Source: Amoebidium appalachense (taxonomy: Eukaryota; Protista; Ichthyosporea). Taken from it: a DNA stretch of 64,000 nucleotides. Position numbers and translations under genes: made by a program. Below, in pieces: positions 61,201 to 64,000 of the stretch (positions within the stretch are counted from its first letter, which is position 1; every line of letters begins with the position of its first letter). The notes under the pieces were generated by a model, which searched no databases, was not told where the DNA came from, and saw only the letters and a list, made by a program, of their open reading frames with translations. The DNA is taken from contig CAVNZM010000016.1 of assembly GCA_963693365.1 (NCBI GenBank), positions 2,095,984 to 2,159,983 on the forward strand, in the 5' to 3' direction.

Positions 61201-61776
61201 ATGTCTAACGTAACCAGGCTCAATCTGCTCACGCGTGCAGGCGGGTACGTGGGTGTGCTAGCCCACCCATCTACTGAAGCCTACGACCTCGTGTTCCCAA
61301 AACACCCACCCAAGGAAGGGGAGATGTTGGTTTGCACAGAAAAGGGGCTAGAGTGGAGACCCTTTACAGAATGGTTGAAAGAGAATGCAAGCACCATCAG
61401 GGACGTGCTACTGCACGAGCACCCCACCCCCTCCCCCCGGCCAGACACCCCTTTCCCCCACGACCTCCTCTCCCCTACACCCCCCTTTGAGCCCCTCTTT
61501 GCCTTCCCCTCCCCACACCCGTCACCCCCTCCCCCACCACAAGAGCTACAATCCGCCGTGCTCACCCTACTCGACGATGATGAGGGTATGGCCTCAAGCA
61601 CAGGCAGCACGGACACGGAAAAGGACGTCACCCCATTGCACCCACACCCCCTCATCCCCGACCACCCCATCAAGCTCCAGGCACCCCCTGCCCCCAAGGC
61701 CAAAAAAACGACCAGAAAGACCACCAACACCCGCAGGCCAAGAAGGGTGCCCGAGGAGAAAGTGTCAACCGACTAG
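61201..61776 (+). CDS. Viral protein with fiber-type N-terminal module and Pro-rich/basic tail
   Basis: GGYVGVLAHPSTEAYDLVFPKHPPKEGEMLVCTEKGLEW. Confidence 0.7.
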   Translation: MSNVTRLNLLTRAGGYVGVLAHPSTEAYDLVFPKHPPKEGEMLVCTEKGLEWRPFTEWLKENASTIRDVLLHEHPTPSPRPDTPFPHDLLSPTPPFEPLFAFPSPHPSPPPPPQELQSAVLTLLDDDEGMASSTGSTDTEKDVTPLHPHPLIPDHPIKLQAPPAPKAKKTTRKTTNTRRPRRVPEEKVSTD

Positions 61777-61797
61777 TAGCGAGCGCAGGAAACCACC

Positions 61798-63120
61798 ATG
61801 GTGGCCAGAGACAAGGGCATTGAGCAGTCAGTGATTGAGGAGACCTACGCCACCTTCAAGCTCCCCCCCACCGTGCAGGCACTGTGGCGGCGTGCAAAAG
61901 CAAAAGACAAGAGGGTAGGGCAACCGGCCGTGCGTGCCTACCTGTCCAGAAGAAACACCGGGCAGCAGGAATCCCTCAAGGAGGTGCTCGCCCCCCATCG
62001 TATCGAGAGGAAGGACTACCTCCCCACCACAGCACGGCCGAACAGCGTGGCGGCGGATCTGTTTTTCATGCCACGTTACTCAAAGGCAAACAGGGGGTAC
62101 AAGGGGGGATTGAGCATGATTGACATGAACACGAGGCAGGCAACGGTTGTGCCCATAAAGACAAAGAGCTCAGGGAGCGGGAAGAACGAGCACCTCACCA
62201 TCAGCAACGGGCCGGAGATGCAGAGGGCTGTGCACAAAGCCTTAAAGACCATCAGGGAGATGAAGGACGAAAGCAACAAAGGGGAGGAAAACCTACAACC
62301 TACAGAGGTCAAGCAGATCTTTACGGACAAGGGCACGGAGTTCCTCAGCAATACAATGAAAAAGTACTACGATCAACACGACATCACCATCCTTCCTCAA
62401 AAGCCAGGCCGAAAACCACGCAACGTGGCCATGGTAGAACGGTTCCATCGCACCCTAAAGCAAGGATTGAGCAAGTACATGGAGGCCAACGACACGGGCA
62501 AGTGGACGGGGGAGGGGTTGGAAAACGTGTTGGAGGATTACAACGACACGTACCATGGTTCGATCGGTAGAGAGCCCAACAAGATGACCCAGAGGGCCGA
62601 ACGGTGGAACAGCATCAACACGTGGCTGGAGAACAGGAAGCAAAAAGGTAAGCTACGTGCCAAGATGGGGCACACGGAGGGCGTGCACGTGCGTGCACTC
62701 AAAAAGCCAAAGGGACCGTTTGAAAAGGAGGGAAGAAACTGGTCCAAGGACGTCTACACGCTCGCCTACAAGGATGCAAGTGGGTGGGCGCTACGCAACG
62801 CGGCTACAGGGGAGATGAGGAAACACACGCCAGGCCTACGCTACGCTTGGCCAGACACCATGCTAAAGAAGGTACCACCTACCAGCGTGTCTGTACCGCC
62901 CAGCAGCGGGATGCGTGCAGCTCGCAAGGAGACAGCCAAGGAGAGGGCTCGCGAGGAGCTGGCGTTTGAAGGGCGCGAGCTGGTGCGCCAGAAGGGCACG
63001 CGTGCACAAGCCCAAAAGGAAAAGGAAAAACGAAAGGCACAGGAACTGAGAAAACTGGAGTTTGCCCACCAACAGGAGCAAACGGGTCTGCGTCGCAGCG
63101 AAAGGCGTGCACGCCGCTAG
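61798..63120 (+). CDS. Retroviral-like (rve) integrase, Polinton type
   Basis: AADLFFM, IDMNTR, FTDKGTEF, VERFHRTLK, YNDTYHGSIG; no chromodomain. Confidence 0.93.
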   Translation: MVARDKGIEQSVIEETYATFKLPPTVQALWRRAKAKDKRVGQPAVRAYLSRRNTGQQESLKEVLAPHRIERKDYLPTTARPNSVAADLFFMPRYSKANRGYKGGLSMIDMNTRQATVVPIKTKSSGSGKNEHLTISNGPEMQRAVHKALKTIREMKDESNKGEENLQPTEVKQIFTDKGTEFLSNTMKKYYDQHDITILPQKPGRKPRNVAMVERFHRTLKQGLSKYMEANDTGKWTGEGLENVLEDYNDTYHGSIGREPNKMTQRAERWNSINTWLENRKQKGKLRAKMGHTEGVHVRALKKPKGPFEKEGRNWSKDVYTLAYKDASGWALRNAATGEMRKHTPGLRYAWPDTMLKKVPPTSVSVPPSSGMRAARKETAKERAREELAFEGRELVRQKGTRAQAQKEKEKRKAQELRKLEFAHQQEQTGLRRSERRARR

Positions 63121-63161
63121 GTGTGACCTGCCCATTCTGGAAAAACCATCCGTCTTGAAAA

Positions 63162-63437
63162 AAACAGAGACGCCCCACCAACCAGCCACCGCGAAAACTG
63201 GCCATTTTGGGATGATTGCGCAAACAGGGGACGCCCCACCAACCAGCGACCGCCAAAACTAGCCCAATTTGGTCACCTTCCAAATCAGGCTAATCCTCCA
63301 TGTGCGGACCCCAGGCCCAGGTCCGGATCAGGCCCGTGCGGGTCGGTTCGGGCCGGCCTGGTCAGATTTGGGTCGCGTCGACCCGTTAACGACCCGGCCC
63401 GACCCGACCCGGGCTAATCTGGACCGGCCCGTGGCCC
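63162..63437. repeat. Intergenic ~50-bp direct repeat followed by GC-rich inverted repeats
   Basis: AAACAG..GACGCCCCACCAACCAGC.ACCGC.AAAACT at 63162 and 63222; GGGTCG/CGACCC and GGGCCGG..CAGATT/AATCTG..CCGGCCC pairs. Confidence 0.75.
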
Positions 63438-63477
63438 GCGAAATTTTCACAGCACACAGGTGCGGGACTGTGTGATC

Positions 63478-64000
63478 ATGGGGCTGGGCAGCTGCTGCGG
63501 GGTGTACAAGGTCACACAGGACAAGAGGAAGGCCGGAGTGGACACTGACAAGGTGCAGACACCAGCATGGGTGCTGGATGCACTCGAAAAGGAGTTTGGC
63601 GCACTCAATGACCCCTGCCCCATCACCTGGCGGGAGGGGGAGGACCCTTGCGCACTCACAGACGACGACGTGTGGTCCACCGAGAAAATAAACTATGTCA
63701 ACCCTCCCTTCTCTGAGATTCCCCCATTTTTACGCATGGCCATACCGTAACGGATGTACATATCCAAGGGTAGAAAGAGCGTGCTGCTCGTGCCTGCACG
63801 CACGGAGGCACGCTGGTTCCATGACCTGGCCTTCAGGTACGCCGCAGAGATACGCATCCTGAGGGGTAGGATCAAGTTTGAGGGGTTCAAGAGGCCATCG
63901 CCAGAGGGCGTGTGCCTGCTTTTGTTCACAGAGCCTCAGCCTGTCGGTGGCCCGCGTGTAGTGTCGTGGATGCCTGAGGCATACCCGCGCAGCTCAAAGG
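63478..64000 (+). pseudogene. Phage-type DNA N6-adenine methyltransferase (Dam-like), in-frame TAA at 63748; runs off window
   Basis: QTPAW, DPC, YVNPPFS, LLVPART..WF, IRILRGRIKF. Confidence 0.88.

Larger units (their letters stand above)
20830..64000. mobile_element. Endogenous Polinton/Maverick-like dsDNA virus (right end beyond window)
   Basis: Intronless, GC-rich, gene-dense block with pPolB, MCP, mCP, A32-like ATPase and rve integrase. The left boundary is inferred from the abrupt change just upstream of the Ngaro gag ATG. Confidence 0.92.

Overview
Eukaryotic genomic DNA rich in microsatellites and poly-C/G, made almost entirely of nested mobile elements. From 1 to 15.7 kb there is a reconstructable 7-exon, ~1050-aa Sola-like (DUF7869-type) DDD transposase plus a divergent unknown gene. 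From 16.7 to 20.8 kb there is an Ngaro-type tyrosine-recombinase retrotransposon on the - strand. From ~20.83 kb past the window end lies an endogenous Polinton/Maverick-like virus, about 24 kb of viral DNA visible once insertions are removed. It encodes a protein-primed PolB with a Vsr-like insert, the giant-virus late transcription factor VLTF3, major and minor capsid proteins, a packaging ATPase, a fiber-like gene family, a ~7-TM protein, an rve integrase and an adenine methyltransferase. Three insertions interrupt the virus, and removing each one restores the viral reading frame: two solo LTRs in polB and a 17.3-kb element with a 6-bp TSD. That large element contains a young chromodomain Gypsy and a 183-bp satellite. 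The most unusual signal is the Gypsy primer-binding site, which is complementary to the 5' end (nt 1-16) of a tRNA-Ala-like sequence rather than a tRNA 3' end. The same element has a likely UAG read-through gag-pro junction and a membrane-anchored Gag extension. Most frameshifts fall in homopolymer runs and may be sequencing errors. All family assignments are by eye from motifs, with no database searches.
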